This document shows positions 52,756-62,943 of a DNA stretch of 64,000 bases, piece by piece (positions within the stretch are counted from its first letter, which is position 1; every line of letters starts with the position of its first letter). The notes beneath the pieces are model-generated. The model worked only from the letters and a program-made list of their open reading frames with translations, was not told where the DNA came from and made no database searches. Made by a program: the position numbers and the translations under genes. The DNA is from a virus (taxonomy: Duplodnaviria > Heunggongvirae > Uroviricota > Caudoviricetes), in the IMG/VR virus record IMGVR_UViG_3300035701_000015, positions 12,009-76,008 of that record; one strand, given 5' to 3'.

Positions 52756-55005
52756 ATGACGAAGAAAAACTTAATAGAATTTTTGCAGATGAGATCGAAA
52801 GAATTAAACAGCGAAGAGCAAACTTATTTAGCTGAAGAAATAAAAGCTCTCAAAACTCAAGAAGATGATCTCAAAAATCTTTTAAATTTAATAGATTCAA
52901 AGTCTAAATTAGAAAATCATAATAATGTTTTATCATTGTATCTTCTTGGCCTTTCTGAATATCCCAAAAAATTAAGACATTATTATTCGCTTGCCGATAT
53001 GGCCGATGTGGACATGGATTTTAGTCCCGACGGCCGCGACAAGATCAAAACATGGCTTAAAGAGAAATTCGGCGAAAAGAATTGTGTAAGCATTGGAACT
53101 TATGGAACTCTTGGTGTAAAAGGCTCAGTCCAAGAAATTTCTCGGGCTTATGGGATAAAGCCAAGTGAATACATTCAGATTAGCAAATTAGTTTCTGATG
53201 ACGACAAAGATTTAGACGTAGATGAAATCAGAGAGAAGTATCCCCAAGTAGAAGAGTTCCTTACCAATCATCCAGAAATTACTGATACCATCATAAAACT
53301 TATTGGAATGAAAAAGAATATTGGTCAACACGCTGGTGGTTTTGTTGTAAGCTCAGATAATGTATATGATAACATTCCAATTGTAAAAGCTAACAAGGGC
53401 GATGTTACTGGGTGGCAAGAATCTGGTGCTATAAAAGAATTAGAGGCACTTGGTTGGATTAAAGTTGATATTCTTGGTCTTTCTTGTGTAGAGCAAATCC
53501 GGTTATGTGTTGAAGAGATTAACCGAAAATATCCAGGAGCTATAAAAGGCGATCCATATCTTCTTCCTGTGGACGATCCCAAAGTATATGATTTTATTAA
53601 TACTCTTCAACTTGAAAACGTGTTTCAAATGGAGTCTAAAGTTTTCAAAGAAGCAGTAAGAATGATCCGACCGAGAAGCTTGCAAGATATATCAAACATT
53701 TCAACTTTGATTCGGCCTGGAGCAGCCTGCACCGTTGAAGAGTATAAGAAATCAGAGAATGTGAACTTCAAAGAAATTCCGAAATGTTTGCACAAAGTGT
53801 ATGACCACACTCGAGGATGGATGTTATACCAAGAACAGTTGTTACAAATATTAAAAGAACTTGGCGGATTTTCTATTTTCGAAGCTGACAAAGTTCGAAG
53901 ACTTGTAAGAAAGATCGGTAAAGCTAAAACTTCTGATGCAAATAGAAGTGATATGTTGAAAGAGACAGATAAGTATAAGACAATCTATCAGAAGCATGCA
54001 ACTACAAAAATAGTTGAAGAAGATAAGTGGCTTCAAGCGAAAGCTGAGAAATATGCCAATAGCCAATGGGAAGCGTTAATGGGTCAAGCAAAATATTCTT
54101 TCAACATGCCACATTCTTATGCATATTCTTTGATGGGTTATGTTCAAGCTTATCTTAAATGTTATTACCCCATAGATTTTTGGACTGCTGCATTAAATAC
54201 AATCACTAGAGGCTTAGAGAAGCACGGTGAAAGCAGTTTGGGTAAATATATAAACTCTATCGACTCAATGGGCATACCAATCGAAAAACCCAACGTGAAT
54301 AAGTCGGGTATAAATTTTGAAGGCGATGAGGGAAAAATCTATTTTGCTCTTAGCTATATCAAAGATGTTTCGAATGGTGCCGAAGAAGTCATGAAATATA
54401 GACCCTATGAAGATTGGGATGATTTCTTGAACAAAGCTGTTGAGAATAAAATTAATAAAAGAATAGCAAAAGGTTTGATCTTTTCTGGTGCTGTAGATTT
54501 TGAAGATGATATGGAAGCAAGAAGTTATAAGTGGGGTCTTTATCTGAAAGAAAAAGCTAAAGGCAAAAAGAACAAAGAAGAACTTGAAGAATACAAAAAT
54601 AACATGCCAGAGAAATATGAGCTCATACAAATGGAATATGAATATTGCAAATACAGTTTTACAGGCATCGATAAGTTTTTGCAGAGTTCAAAATATAAGA
54701 ATCTGACAACAATTTCTGACAGAGATAAAGCTAAAAAACTTTGGGTTCTTATTGGGTATATTTCTGACGTCGCAACAAAGAAAAGTAAAAAGTCTGGTAA
54801 TGAATATGTGCTAATAACTGTTACAGATTTCAGAGACGCAATAAGTGTTTATGCTTTTGGAGATGAATTTAGAAGTAAAATCCTCGGTACTTATAAAAAA
54901 GGCCAACTCATAAAGATTGGCGTTAAAAACGAATCTAATTGGCTCAAACTCCCTTTTGAAAACGAGTATAATCATTGTTTCCCAATAGAGATACTTTCAT
55001 CTTAG
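52756..55005 (+). CDS. dnaE: DNA polymerase III alpha (DnaE) C-terminal portion
   Basis: DMDFSPDGRD, GQHAGGFVV, FQMESK...LIRPG, GWMLYQEQLLQI, FNMPHSYAYSLMGY align to the DnaE core. Lacks the PHP domain. Confidence 0.7.
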   Translation: MTKKNLIEFLQMRSKELNSEEQTYLAEEIKALKTQEDDLKNLLNLIDSKSKLENHNNVLSLYLLGLSEYPKKLRHYYSLADMADVDMDFSPDGRDKIKTWLKEKFGEKNCVSIGTYGTLGVKGSVQEISRAYGIKPSEYIQISKLVSDDDKDLDVDEIREKYPQVEEFLTNHPEITDTIIKLIGMKKNIGQHAGGFVVSSDNVYDNIPIVKANKGDVTGWQESGAIKELEALGWIKVDILGLSCVEQIRLCVEEINRKYPGAIKGDPYLLPVDDPKVYDFINTLQLENVFQMESKVFKEAVRMIRPRSLQDISNISTLIRPGAACTVEEYKKSENVNFKEIPKCLHKVYDHTRGWMLYQEQLLQILKELGGFSIFEADKVRRLVRKIGKAKTSDANRSDMLKETDKYKTIYQKHATTKIVEEDKWLQAKAEKYANSQWEALMGQAKYSFNMPHSYAYSLMGYVQAYLKCYYPIDFWTAALNTITRGLEKHGESSLGKYINSIDSMGIPIEKPNVNKSGINFEGDEGKIYFALSYIKDVSNGAEEVMKYRPYEDWDDFLNKAVENKINKRIAKGLIFSGAVDFEDDMEARSYKWGLYLKEKAKGKKNKEELEEYKNNMPEKYELIQMEYEYCKYSFTGIDKFLQSSKYKNLTTISDRDKAKKLWVLIGYISDVATKKSKKSGNEYVLITVTDFRDAISVYAFGDEFRSKILGTYKKGQLIKIGVKNESNWLKLPFENEYNHCFPIEILSS

Positions 55006-55600
55006 TATCATCGTGTTTTAACTGGACGAAATCATACTCAGAGAATATCTGAAGTATTTCTTTTTGTCTCTTTACATCTCTATCGTTTAGAGAGCCATTT
55101 TTATAGTGCTTATTCTCATTCCACTCTATTATAAGCTTCAGATCAAAGTTGATATAATCAACCCAATATCCTAATTCTTTTATATAGAATTCCCCACTAT
55201 TAGTAGCATATCTACCAGATGTGTCGTGTGTCAAATCAAACTTTTCAAAGAATTCACATGCGGATTTGTTGAATGTGGGCATTATCCCACAAGTTGATTT
55301 TAGATAGCTTATCTGAGCTAATCTTAGTCTTCTTTTAGTTTCATCACTGTGTTTTCTCTCGCCACTTTTTGCATAACATTTAACAGAGCAATATATTTTA
55401 GCTCTCTTTCTTTTTCCATTGATTCTTCTCGGTATCTTTTTTCCACAAGTTTTACAAAATATAGATTTCATCATACTCTTGTGCTGGCACTTTAAAGAGC
55501 AATATATCGCTCTATTGATATGGCCATTACTCTTTCTATATTTCAGTATTTTGCTACATATTAGACATAATTTTCTCGGTAAATTTTCTATCTTTTTCAT
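54944..55600 (-). CDS. zinc-finger + PD-(D/E)xK (DUF559-like) putative homing endonuclease
   Basis: N-terminal CxxC pairs; C-terminal GYWVDYINFDLKLIIEWNENKHY. Confidence 0.4.
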   Translation of the reverse strand: MKKIENLPRKLCLICSKILKYRKSNGHINRAIYCSLKCQHKSMMKSIFCKTCGKKIPRRINGKRKRAKIYCSVKCYAKSGERKHSDETKRRLRLAQISYLKSTCGIMPTFNKSACEFFEKFDLTHDTSGRYATNSGEFYIKELGYWVDYINFDLKLIIEWNENKHYKNGSLNDRDVKRQKEILQIFSEYDFVQLKHDDTKMKVSLLGNNDYTRFQKGV

Positions 55601-55667
55601 TATTCATCTTCCCTTGGAAGCATCTTATTTTATCTTTAGAATGTGCGTCCTAATCTAAGATAATTGC

Positions 55668-56063
55668 ATGAGAATAGATCGTGTAATAGATTGGTTTAGT
55701 AAAACTGATGCTTATCTGTTAGAATTCTTCGACTTCGGTTCGCCGATATCAATCATATTAGAAGCAGACGTTATATACTATCCTCCCGCTAAATTTACAC
55801 CTTTGCGTAACGTCGACATCAATAAACTCAGATTAATGAATAGAGGCAGAACTACTTTCTCTGTAGAAAATAGAGAGAATAGGTTCGACAATATGCGATC
55901 TGGGTGGTTAAAGGAAACTAAGACTGCATCTAAGTTCAAGAATATAAAACCAGATAAATTGACTTGGGGCATTCTCAGAGGAACGTGTACCGAGCACGGT
56001 AGAGAAGACTCAAACATGCATCAAATAATAGATATGATATTTATTCAGGGAAACAAACTATGA
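55668..56063 (+). CDS. hypothetical protein
   Basis: ORF. Confidence 0.45.
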   Translation: MRIDRVIDWFSKTDAYLLEFFDFGSPISIILEADVIYYPPAKFTPLRNVDINKLRLMNRGRTTFSVENRENRFDNMRSGWLKETKTASKFKNIKPDKLTWGILRGTCTEHGREDSNMHQIIDMIFIQGNKL

Positions 56064-56509
56064 AAGTAGACAAAGCAGTAGATATGGGCAAAAATGGTGG
56101 TCATTCACCACAACATTGCACAGTTAAATACTTTAGTAGAATAGGTAAATTGAGATTCATCCTTAATTTAGATTGCGGTTATCCACCAGCTGGATACGAA
56201 AAGTTAGAAACAGGAGAAGATGAGGCATATCAAAAACCAGAAGATAACTTCAAAAAAGAAGACGCTTGGGAAGTAGCTATGGTTTCTAAGTTGTTTCTGA
56301 ACAAAAGTGCCAAAGCAGTTGATATAGATTTTTACAGTGATCCAAATGACGAAGGATTCGATGAAGAACATGAAAGTTGGATGGAGGAATACAAATACTC
56401 TTGGCCAGCCTTTGCATTTGAGAATAGGAAACCAGACAAATTATTTTGGGACGGTATTTATAGGGTCAGAAAGAATTTCATAAAGAGAATTTTCAGAGGA
56501 ATTGCTTAA
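56060..56509 (+). CDS. hypothetical protein
   Basis: ORF. Confidence 0.45.
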   Translation: MKVDKAVDMGKNGGHSPQHCTVKYFSRIGKLRFILNLDCGYPPAGYEKLETGEDEAYQKPEDNFKKEDAWEVAMVSKLFLNKSAKAVDIDFYSDPNDEGFDEEHESWMEEYKYSWPAFAFENRKPDKLFWDGIYRVRKNFIKRIFRGIA

Positions 56510-56817
56510 TGGAAGCTAATGAGATTAAATTTGAAGACATTGAGCTCACGACTTGGTACAGCATTTTATATAGTGAATTTGGCGATTTTTGGATGATGAT
56601 AACAAAGAAGTCAAAGAATGAACATGAAAGTATATCTTTTTCTAAGAGCGAATGGATTGAACATAATGGAATAGTAAAAAGAAGAGATTGGCACCAAGGT
56701 GAATTTGGGACTATCGGAGCTATTAGAAAAATAAATGAAGAAGGCTGGGATCTCATCAGTCAAAAATTATTCAAGTCTATATTTAATCCCAATGTAAATA
56801 TCTTAAAAGAAGCATAA
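56509..56817 (+). CDS. hypothetical protein
   Basis: ORF. Confidence 0.45.
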   Translation: MEANEIKFEDIELTTWYSILYSEFGDFWMMITKKSKNEHESISFSKSEWIEHNGIVKRRDWHQGEFGTIGAIRKINEEGWDLISQKLFKSIFNPNVNILKEA

Positions 56818-56825
56818 TTCTATTC

Positions 56826-57212
56826 ATGCAAGATTTGTCTCGACATCCACAATTTCAACTTTTAATCAAAGAGATTGATAAAAGTTTAGTACCTGTTGAA
56901 CAATTCACAGAAATAGTTATTGAAAATATACCCGCAGCAATTCTATCTTTCGACTATGAATATCTGCAGACTGCAAATTCTAACGCAAAATTAATGCTCG
57001 AATTTATGGAAAAATATTTAAATGAATTAAATAAAGGCTATAAAGAAACTGAAAAATCTCTAATAGTTCTCCATGAAATAGGCAACAAAAGAGATCCCTT
57101 CGAAATGCCAATTGAGTTTGAACTTGCCTATTATGATATGATAAGACCTATAATTAACAGAATCAAAGACTTAAGGGAAATAATAAGTTCTACAAATAAA
57201 CTCCTCACATAG
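56826..57212 (+). CDS. hypothetical protein
   Basis: ORF. Confidence 0.45.
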   Translation: MQDLSRHPQFQLLIKEIDKSLVPVEQFTEIVIENIPAAILSFDYEYLQTANSNAKLMLEFMEKYLNELNKGYKETEKSLIVLHEIGNKRDPFEMPIEFELAYYDMIRPIINRIKDLREIISSTNKLLT

Positions 57213-57220
57213 TTTGAAAT

Positions 57221-58648
57221 ATGAAAGAATTAAATCCTAATTATGTTCAACTCCACACTCATTCTGTCGGGAGTCTCCGCGATGGGATCATGAAAGTAAG
57301 AGACCATGTGCAATTTGCTGTTCAGCATAAAAAGAAATTCGTATCAATAAGTGATCATGGATCTATTTCAGAATGGATAGAGCTTTATACTGATTGTGCT
57401 AAAGAGAAGATCCAGCCCATTTATGGAATTGAGGGCTATATTCATCTCGACCGAGACAAATATCTCGAAGAAAAGAACAGCGGTAGTAAACCAGGTCACA
57501 TTCTTTTGTTAGCCCAAAATGAAATCGGTTTCAAGAATATAGTAAGAGTTCATAATGATGCCTGGCAGCATTTTTACAAAAGACCGATAATGAGTTATGA
57601 TTATTTATTCGATCATACAGAGGGTATTATTGTTGGTACTGCTTGTATGGGTGGCACTCTATCAAAGTACCTTATAGCAAAAGATATTGTGGGAGCCGAC
57701 AATTTCATAGAAACGATGAAAGAGAAATTTCCAAATAGGTTCTTCGTAGAGCTTATGCTTATTGACATGGACGAACAAACAGAATTAAACAGACAGTTGA
57801 TTCAGATTGCTAAAAAGCACAAAGTTCCCGTGATAGTTGGCAATGATCCACATTATATGACAGCTGAGGACAATAAAGCCCACCAAATATCTTTACTTCT
57901 TCAAAGCAGTCAAACCGTTAAAGATCTTGAAAGCGGTAAAGGCTGGTCATTCTCAGCCCAAGACTTATGGATGAAGACAGAGAAAGACCTTTATCAAGAC
58001 TGGAAGAAGAAGTATAGCAAAGATCCAATCTTTACTGAAGAAGTATTCGTTGAAGCAACTTGGAACGTAAAGAAAATAACCGATACAATCGAAGAAATCT
58101 ATTTAGAGCATCCGCCAAGATTACCGAAATATAAAAACGGTAAGAAGCTTCTTGAGCAAATTACAGTTGATGGTTTTGCTGAAAAAGTTGAGGAAGGTAT
58201 AATTCCCCAAGATCGTGTTGATGAATATATAGATCGTATCAAGTATGAGCTCAAGACGATAGATGATTTAGATTTGATAGATTATTTCTTGCTTATCAAA
58301 GAGATTCATACTTTTTGTGATAAACATGCAATAGCAGTTGGTCCTGGAAGAGGATGTTTTATAAGAGGATCAAAAGTTAAGACAAAAGATGGATATAAAA
58401 ATATAGAAGAAGTACAAATTGGAGATGTGATATATAATAAAAATGGAACTGATTTAGTCGTAAATAAGTTTGATTACGAAGTAGACGAAGATCTGTGTAA
58501 ATTAATAATAGACGGCCAAGAAATAATTTGTACTTCAGAACATAAATTTGAAGTACTGCGAGAAAATAAAGTTTTTTGGATAAAAGCAAAAAATATAAAA
58601 GTTGATGATATGATAGTAAAAATAGACACTTACCAGAAAGATAAATAA
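57221..58648 (+). CDS. dnaE: DnaE N-terminal PHP domain fused to the intein N-terminal half
   Basis: HTHSVGSLRDG and ISDHGSISEW PHP motifs; ...VGPGRG then CFIRGSKVKTKDGYKNIEEV... (97 aa IntN-like); ends with TAA. Confidence 0.65.
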   Translation: MKELNPNYVQLHTHSVGSLRDGIMKVRDHVQFAVQHKKKFVSISDHGSISEWIELYTDCAKEKIQPIYGIEGYIHLDRDKYLEEKNSGSKPGHILLLAQNEIGFKNIVRVHNDAWQHFYKRPIMSYDYLFDHTEGIIVGTACMGGTLSKYLIAKDIVGADNFIETMKEKFPNRFFVELMLIDMDEQTELNRQLIQIAKKHKVPVIVGNDPHYMTAEDNKAHQISLLLQSSQTVKDLESGKGWSFSAQDLWMKTEKDLYQDWKKKYSKDPIFTEEVFVEATWNVKKITDTIEEIYLEHPPRLPKYKNGKKLLEQITVDGFAEKVEEGIIPQDRVDEYIDRIKYELKTIDDLDLIDYFLLIKEIHTFCDKHAIAVGPGRGCFIRGSKVKTKDGYKNIEEVQIGDVIYNKNGTDLVVNKFDYEVDEDLCKLIIDGQEIICTSEHKFEVLRENKVFWIKAKNIKVDDMIVKIDTYQKDK

Positions 58649-59657
58649 GTGCTTACTTGGGGGTGTCTAGTGGGCAACAAGCAAAAATTCCATAAGAGTA
58701 CAATTTACCCCAAAGAAATATACGATTTAAAAGTTGAAGAAAAACTTATACCCTTTGAAATTGCAAAAAAATATTTTTTAACTATTTTTAACTCTAAACT
58801 CGTTGTATGCTATAATTGTGTAAAATGCGGTAAATCTGGACATACGCAATTTAGACACTTAAAAAAAAGAAATACAGATAAACCATATTGTAATAATTGT
58901 TGGCTCAAGATGAAGACATCTGAAAATACTGCATGGCTAAAAAAGAACTCAGATACTCAGAAAATAATTCAGAATACCGACGAGGTAAAGAATAAAAATA
59001 GAAAAGCAGTAAGCTTATTCTGGAAAAATAATCCTGAAAAAATTATTGAGATGAGGAAAAAGATCTTATCTAATCCTAATGTAAAAAATTATAATTATAA
59101 CCATGGTTTTTTTATTCTCGAAAATGGAAATAAAATTCTTTTTGAAAGTAACTACGAACTTTTGTATATTTTATATTGCGACAAAAATAATATTCTAATA
59201 CGAAGATTCGAAGATAAAGATCACTTCATAAAATATAAAAACTCGATAAAAAATAAATTGTGCTTATATAAGCCAGATTTTATAATAAACGAAAAAACAA
59301 TAGTAGAGGTAAAGGGATCTAAAATAAACAAAGTGCTTTCTTATCAAATACCATTTTTAGAAAAAAAAGAAGCTTTAGAGAAATCAGGTCGAGAGCATAT
59401 ATTTTTATATAAAGAAGATATAAAGAAAATAAGTGGTATAAATAGATTTAGAAAAGGTAATAGAGAATTTGATAATTTAATCCTTTCTCTCTTGACTAGG
59501 AATAAAATAATTATTTCTTCTAAGAAATACAAGGAGTACTATCATGTTGGTGGGTAGAGTTGAGAGTGTAAGCAAAGTGAAATATGTTGGCCGAGTATAT
59601 GATTTGGGAGTGGAAAGAGATCCATCGTACAACGTTGAGGATTATATAGTACATAAT
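58355..59657 (+). mobile_element. intein in dnaE interrupted by an in-frame TAA and a frameshift (IntN - HEN ORF - IntC)
   Basis: Intein starts at Cys after GPGRG and ends at ...YIVHN before [14 protein letters not shown]. Confidence 0.55.
58649..59557 (+). CDS. homing-endonuclease-like ORF within/between intein halves
   Basis: Same frame as 57221..58648 directly after TAA; GTG start; CxxC pairs. Confidence 0.45.
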   Translation: MLTWGCLVGNKQKFHKSTIYPKEIYDLKVEEKLIPFEIAKKYFLTIFNSKLVVCYNCVKCGKSGHTQFRHLKKRNTDKPYCNNCWLKMKTSENTAWLKKNSDTQKIIQNTDEVKNKNRKAVSLFWKNNPEKIIEMRKKILSNPNVKNYNYNHGFFILENGNKILFESNYELLYILYCDKNNILIRRFEDKDHFIKYKNSIKNKLCLYKPDFIINEKTIVEVKGSKINKVLSYQIPFLEKKEALEKSGREHIFLYKEDIKKISGINRFRKGNREFDNLILSLLTRNKIIISSKKYKEYYHVGG

Positions 59658-59780
59658 AGTGTTTCAGCATCTTTGGTAACTTTCGTTATAGGAATAACTA
59701 AACTCGATCCTATTAAGTATAACTTTATTTTTGAAAGGTTCTTGAATCCAGCCAGAAAGACGAGGTTGAAAATATTCTGA
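59544..59780 (+). CDS. intein C-terminal half + 40-aa DnaE extein fragment
   Basis: [38 protein letters not shown] | [31 protein letters not shown]... Confidence 0.5.
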   Translation: MLVGRVESVSKVKYVGRVYDLGVERDPSYNVEDYIVHNSVSASLVTFVIGITKLDPIKYNFIFERFLNPARKTRLKIF

Positions 59781-60184
59781 TGAAACTATTCAGAAAAGAT
59801 AAAAATGAGATAATCCAAAAGAAAACTCTTAAAAATGAGATAATTGATTTGCTCAGAAATCAATCATGTCAAGGTTGTAAATATCTTTGCATATCGTATG
59901 ATACTACTAGAAAAACAGAATTTAAATTTTGCACTTTAGATACTAAAAATGGTTGCATCTTAGATTCAGAAGAAGTAAGAAGTTGTGAGAATTATGAACC
60001 AAGTATAAGAATAGCTGAAATTATCGTTCGACCCGATGATGGCAACAAGATAATATCAAAGGTAGACTTAATTCATTTATACGACAACAAAGAGATCAAA
60101 TTTTTGATAGAACAAAAAGGAGATGATTTGTTGGGTCGTGGTCCAGGAATCATAAGTTACCATATGCGACTTTACTTGGAGTAG
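59780..60184 (+). CDS. small Cys-motif family protein (IIDLLRNQSCQGC)
   Basis: Family motif. Confidence 0.45.
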   Translation: MKLFRKDKNEIIQKKTLKNEIIDLLRNQSCQGCKYLCISYDTTRKTEFKFCTLDTKNGCILDSEEVRSCENYEPSIRIAEIIVRPDDGNKIISKVDLIHLYDNKEIKFLIEQKGDDLLGRGPGIISYHMRLYLE

Positions 60185-60187
60185 ACT

Positions 60188-60613
60188 GTGGTTGAACAAT
60201 CTGCAGGATGCGCAATAATAAAACATTTTAATGGAGTGCCGCATATACTCCTTGCACATGCTGCTGGCAACTGGAAACTTAAATTGATGGGTATTCCAAA
60301 AGGCCATGTTGAAGCTGATGAAGATCTAAAGAAAGCTGCTATCAGAGAAACTTATGAAGAGGTTGGGATCAAGCCAGATATACTCGACTATCTCGGTTCA
60401 GTAACGACTAATCAAGGTAAGAAAGTTCACGGTTATATCGCTCTTATGAAATCTGGCGATTTAGATGGTAAAAAAGCTACTAAGTTGCATAGATCAGAAA
60501 TAGATTACGCTAAGTTCTTTCCCATCGAAAATGCGGTCAATATGGTTTATGTGTATCAAAGACCTTTGATACAGAGAGCGAAAGAATATATTGAACGAGA
60601 ACATCTACGCTAA
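60188..60613 (+). CDS. NUDIX hydrolase
   Basis: Nudix box GIPKGHVEADEDLKKAAIRETYEEVGI. Confidence 0.65.
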   Translation: MVEQSAGCAIIKHFNGVPHILLAHAAGNWKLKLMGIPKGHVEADEDLKKAAIRETYEEVGIKPDILDYLGSVTTNQGKKVHGYIALMKSGDLDGKKATKLHRSEIDYAKFFPIENAVNMVYVYQRPLIQRAKEYIEREHLR

Positions 60614-60848
60614 ATTAGCAACTATTAATTTTCTAAAAGATTGGAACTGTATGAACTGTGCAAGATGTACAGTTCGAGGCAGAAATAAAAAAGTTGAGTT
60701 AGTACCGATTATCTCTCGGTCAGAACAAAGAGCTTATACTACATGCTGGGACTGGGCGCCTAGAGATGTTTTTCCAAACCAAGAAGACGCAAATATTTTC
60801 TTTTCTAGAGAATTAGATTACCCTGAACTATACAAACAAAAAACATGA
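60591..60848 (+). CDS. small Cys-motif family protein (INFLKDWNCMNC)
   Basis: Family motif. Confidence 0.45.
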   Translation: MNENIYAKLATINFLKDWNCMNCARCTVRGRNKKVELVPIISRSEQRAYTTCWDWAPRDVFPNQEDANIFFSRELDYPELYKQKT

Positions 60849-61135
60849 TAACTAATAAAAAAGAAAATACGATAGCATTACTTAAAGGTGATATCTGTAA
60901 AAACTGCATTTTTCTTATTCATAAAACAATGATAGATATATTAGAAAAAAATTATAAATTTTTAAAAAGATATGTAGTTTTAGAGGGCGATTATATATCG
61001 CTTAAACCACCTCATTGTGCTTATCTACATAATGGTCTCTTTACTCAAAAAAGCGAAGTCGATTTGTATGGCTGTTGTCAACATTATGTAGCTGTTATCC
61101 CTCATGTGAATGCTTCGATTCGAAGATATAATTAA
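60845..61135 (+). CDS. small Cys-motif family protein (IALLKGDICKNC)
   Basis: Family motif; tandem with the previous gene. Confidence 0.45.
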   Translation: MITNKKENTIALLKGDICKNCIFLIHKTMIDILEKNYKFLKRYVVLEGDYISLKPPHCAYLHNGLFTQKSEVDLYGCCQHYVAVIPHVNASIRRYN

Positions 61136-61138
61136 ACT

Positions 61139-62452
61139 ATGACACTAACACGTAAAGCGAAGAAAATAGTCAAGACTCTCCAGAAGAATGGCCATCAGGC
61201 CGTTTTTGCTGGAGGGAGTGTCAGAGATATGCTTCTTAGCAACACTCCTCACGATTACGACATAGCCACTTCTGCTACCCCCGAACAGGTCGAGTCTCTA
61301 TTCAAGAATACCAGGGCGGTGGGAAAAGCTTTCGGTGTAATACTCGTCAAATACAAGGATGTAGATTTTGAAGTGGCTACCTTCAGGTCTGACGGTCATT
61401 ATAGTGATGGCCGTCGACCTGATGAGGTCGTATTTACTACAATAGAAGAGGATGCTGCTCGCAGAGACTTTACAGTCAATGCGATGTTCTACAATCCTAT
61501 AAACAAGCAAGTCATAGACTATGTTAATGGTTTGCAAGACTTAGAAAACAAAGTTCTTCGGTTCGTCGGTAACGCTGAAGAGAGAATAAACGAAGATAAC
61601 CTCAGATTACTTCGAGCTGTAAGGTTCTCTCTTAAGCTCAACTTTGAAATGGACATTGCCTCTTTCAATCAAGTACGATTCAACGCTGAGAAGGTGCAGA
61701 ACGTAGCGCCCGAAAGAATACGCGAAGAACTTATGAAGATGATAGAACTCGGCAAACCTCGTAAGATGATACAGCTTCTGTTCCAAACGGGGCTCATGCA
61801 CCAGGTACTACCTGAAGTGGTAAATCTAAAGGGTTCTCCTCAGAATCCTGAGTTCCATCTTGAAGGAGATGTTCTAGAGCACACTATACTCGTGATGGAA
61901 AAGTTAGTTGGGCAAAATCCTTTAATGCAACTTGCCGGCTTGTTACATGACATAGCGAAACCCACTACTCTAGTCATAGAAGATGGGAGGCCTACCAATA
62001 AAGGGCACGATGCTGCAGGTGCCGACATGACTGAGACGATAATGCTTCGACTCAAGTTTTCTAATGATGAGATAGAGTTCGTGAAGAATCTCGTAGCCGA
62101 TCACATGAGGCACCACATAGCGAAAGAATTTAGAAAGTCTACTCTGAAGAGGTATCTGGCTTTGCCTTACTTCAACGAGCTTATGTTGTTGAATGAAGCT
62201 GACACTCTGTCTGCTTCTGGCAATCTGGAACACATAGAGTTTCTCAGAGAAAAAATGAGCGAATGGAAGCCCGAAGTAATAAGACCCAAGCCTCTTATAA
62301 CTGGTCTCGATCTTATAAAGCTTGGGTATAAGCCTGGTCCCATATTTACTACTATACTAGACCACGTATCAGATCTCCAACTTGAAGGTCAGATAGCAAA
62401 TAAAAATCAAGCTCTGAGGATGGTAAATGAGAACTACCCGCTGCCACGATAA
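61139..62452 (+). CDS. cca: tRNA nucleotidyltransferase (CCA-adding enzyme) with HD domain
   Basis: GGSVRDMLL...DYDIAT head domain; HD motif LLHDIAK...DH. Confidence 0.7.
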   Translation: MTLTRKAKKIVKTLQKNGHQAVFAGGSVRDMLLSNTPHDYDIATSATPEQVESLFKNTRAVGKAFGVILVKYKDVDFEVATFRSDGHYSDGRRPDEVVFTTIEEDAARRDFTVNAMFYNPINKQVIDYVNGLQDLENKVLRFVGNAEERINEDNLRLLRAVRFSLKLNFEMDIASFNQVRFNAEKVQNVAPERIREELMKMIELGKPRKMIQLLFQTGLMHQVLPEVVNLKGSPQNPEFHLEGDVLEHTILVMEKLVGQNPLMQLAGLLHDIAKPTTLVIEDGRPTNKGHDAAGADMTETIMLRLKFSNDEIEFVKNLVADHMRHHIAKEFRKSTLKRYLALPYFNELMLLNEADTLSASGNLEHIEFLREKMSEWKPEVIRPKPLITGLDLIKLGYKPGPIFTTILDHVSDLQLEGQIANKNQALRMVNENYPLPR

Positions 62453-62702
62453 TGACAAAGAAACGATCAAGAATGTTCTTCGAAATCGAGCTTGTGGAAA
62501 CTGTGAGCGCCACCGAAGTTTTAATAGTAATTGGCAACATTGTGCATTGAAAAGATACACACCAGAGTTCAACGTTTGTTCGCAGTGGAAAATGAGTTGG
62601 TCAGCTAAGGCGACTAAGCTTAATAATCACAGAGAGAAAATTGCCAAAAAGCGGAAAGCAAAGAGAGAAGCAAAGAGAGAAACGCCGAGCCTCATCTCTT
62701 AA
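62427..62702 (+). CDS. small Cys-motif family protein (NVLRNRACGNC)
   Basis: Family motif. Confidence 0.45.
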   Translation: MRTTRCHDNDKETIKNVLRNRACGNCERHRSFNSNWQHCALKRYTPEFNVCSQWKMSWSAKATKLNNHREKIAKKRKAKREAKRETPSLIS

Positions 62703-62940
62703 AAGACAAATACAGAAAACAAAAAGTATTGAAGTTATAAATATCCTCAAAGAGCAAGTATGTAGTAATTGTACTCACTCGAAGACTTGGGGCAAAAGAT
62801 CTTGCCAAAATCCATTCAAAATCAAAAATCACAAATCAACTGAAGCTCCCGAAATTAAAACTTGCAGACTATGGAAATTATCTACTAACTATAAGACTAT
62901 AGATGATTGGAGAAAAGAACGTAACCGCATAATTAAGTAA
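62641..62940 (+). CDS. small Cys-motif family protein (INILKEQVCSNC)
   Basis: Family motif. Confidence 0.4.
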   Translation: MPKSGKQREKQREKRRASSLKRQIQKTKSIEVINILKEQVCSNCTHSKTWGKRSCQNPFKIKNHKSTEAPEIKTCRLWKLSTNYKTIDDWRKERNRIIK

Positions 62941-62943
62941 AAC

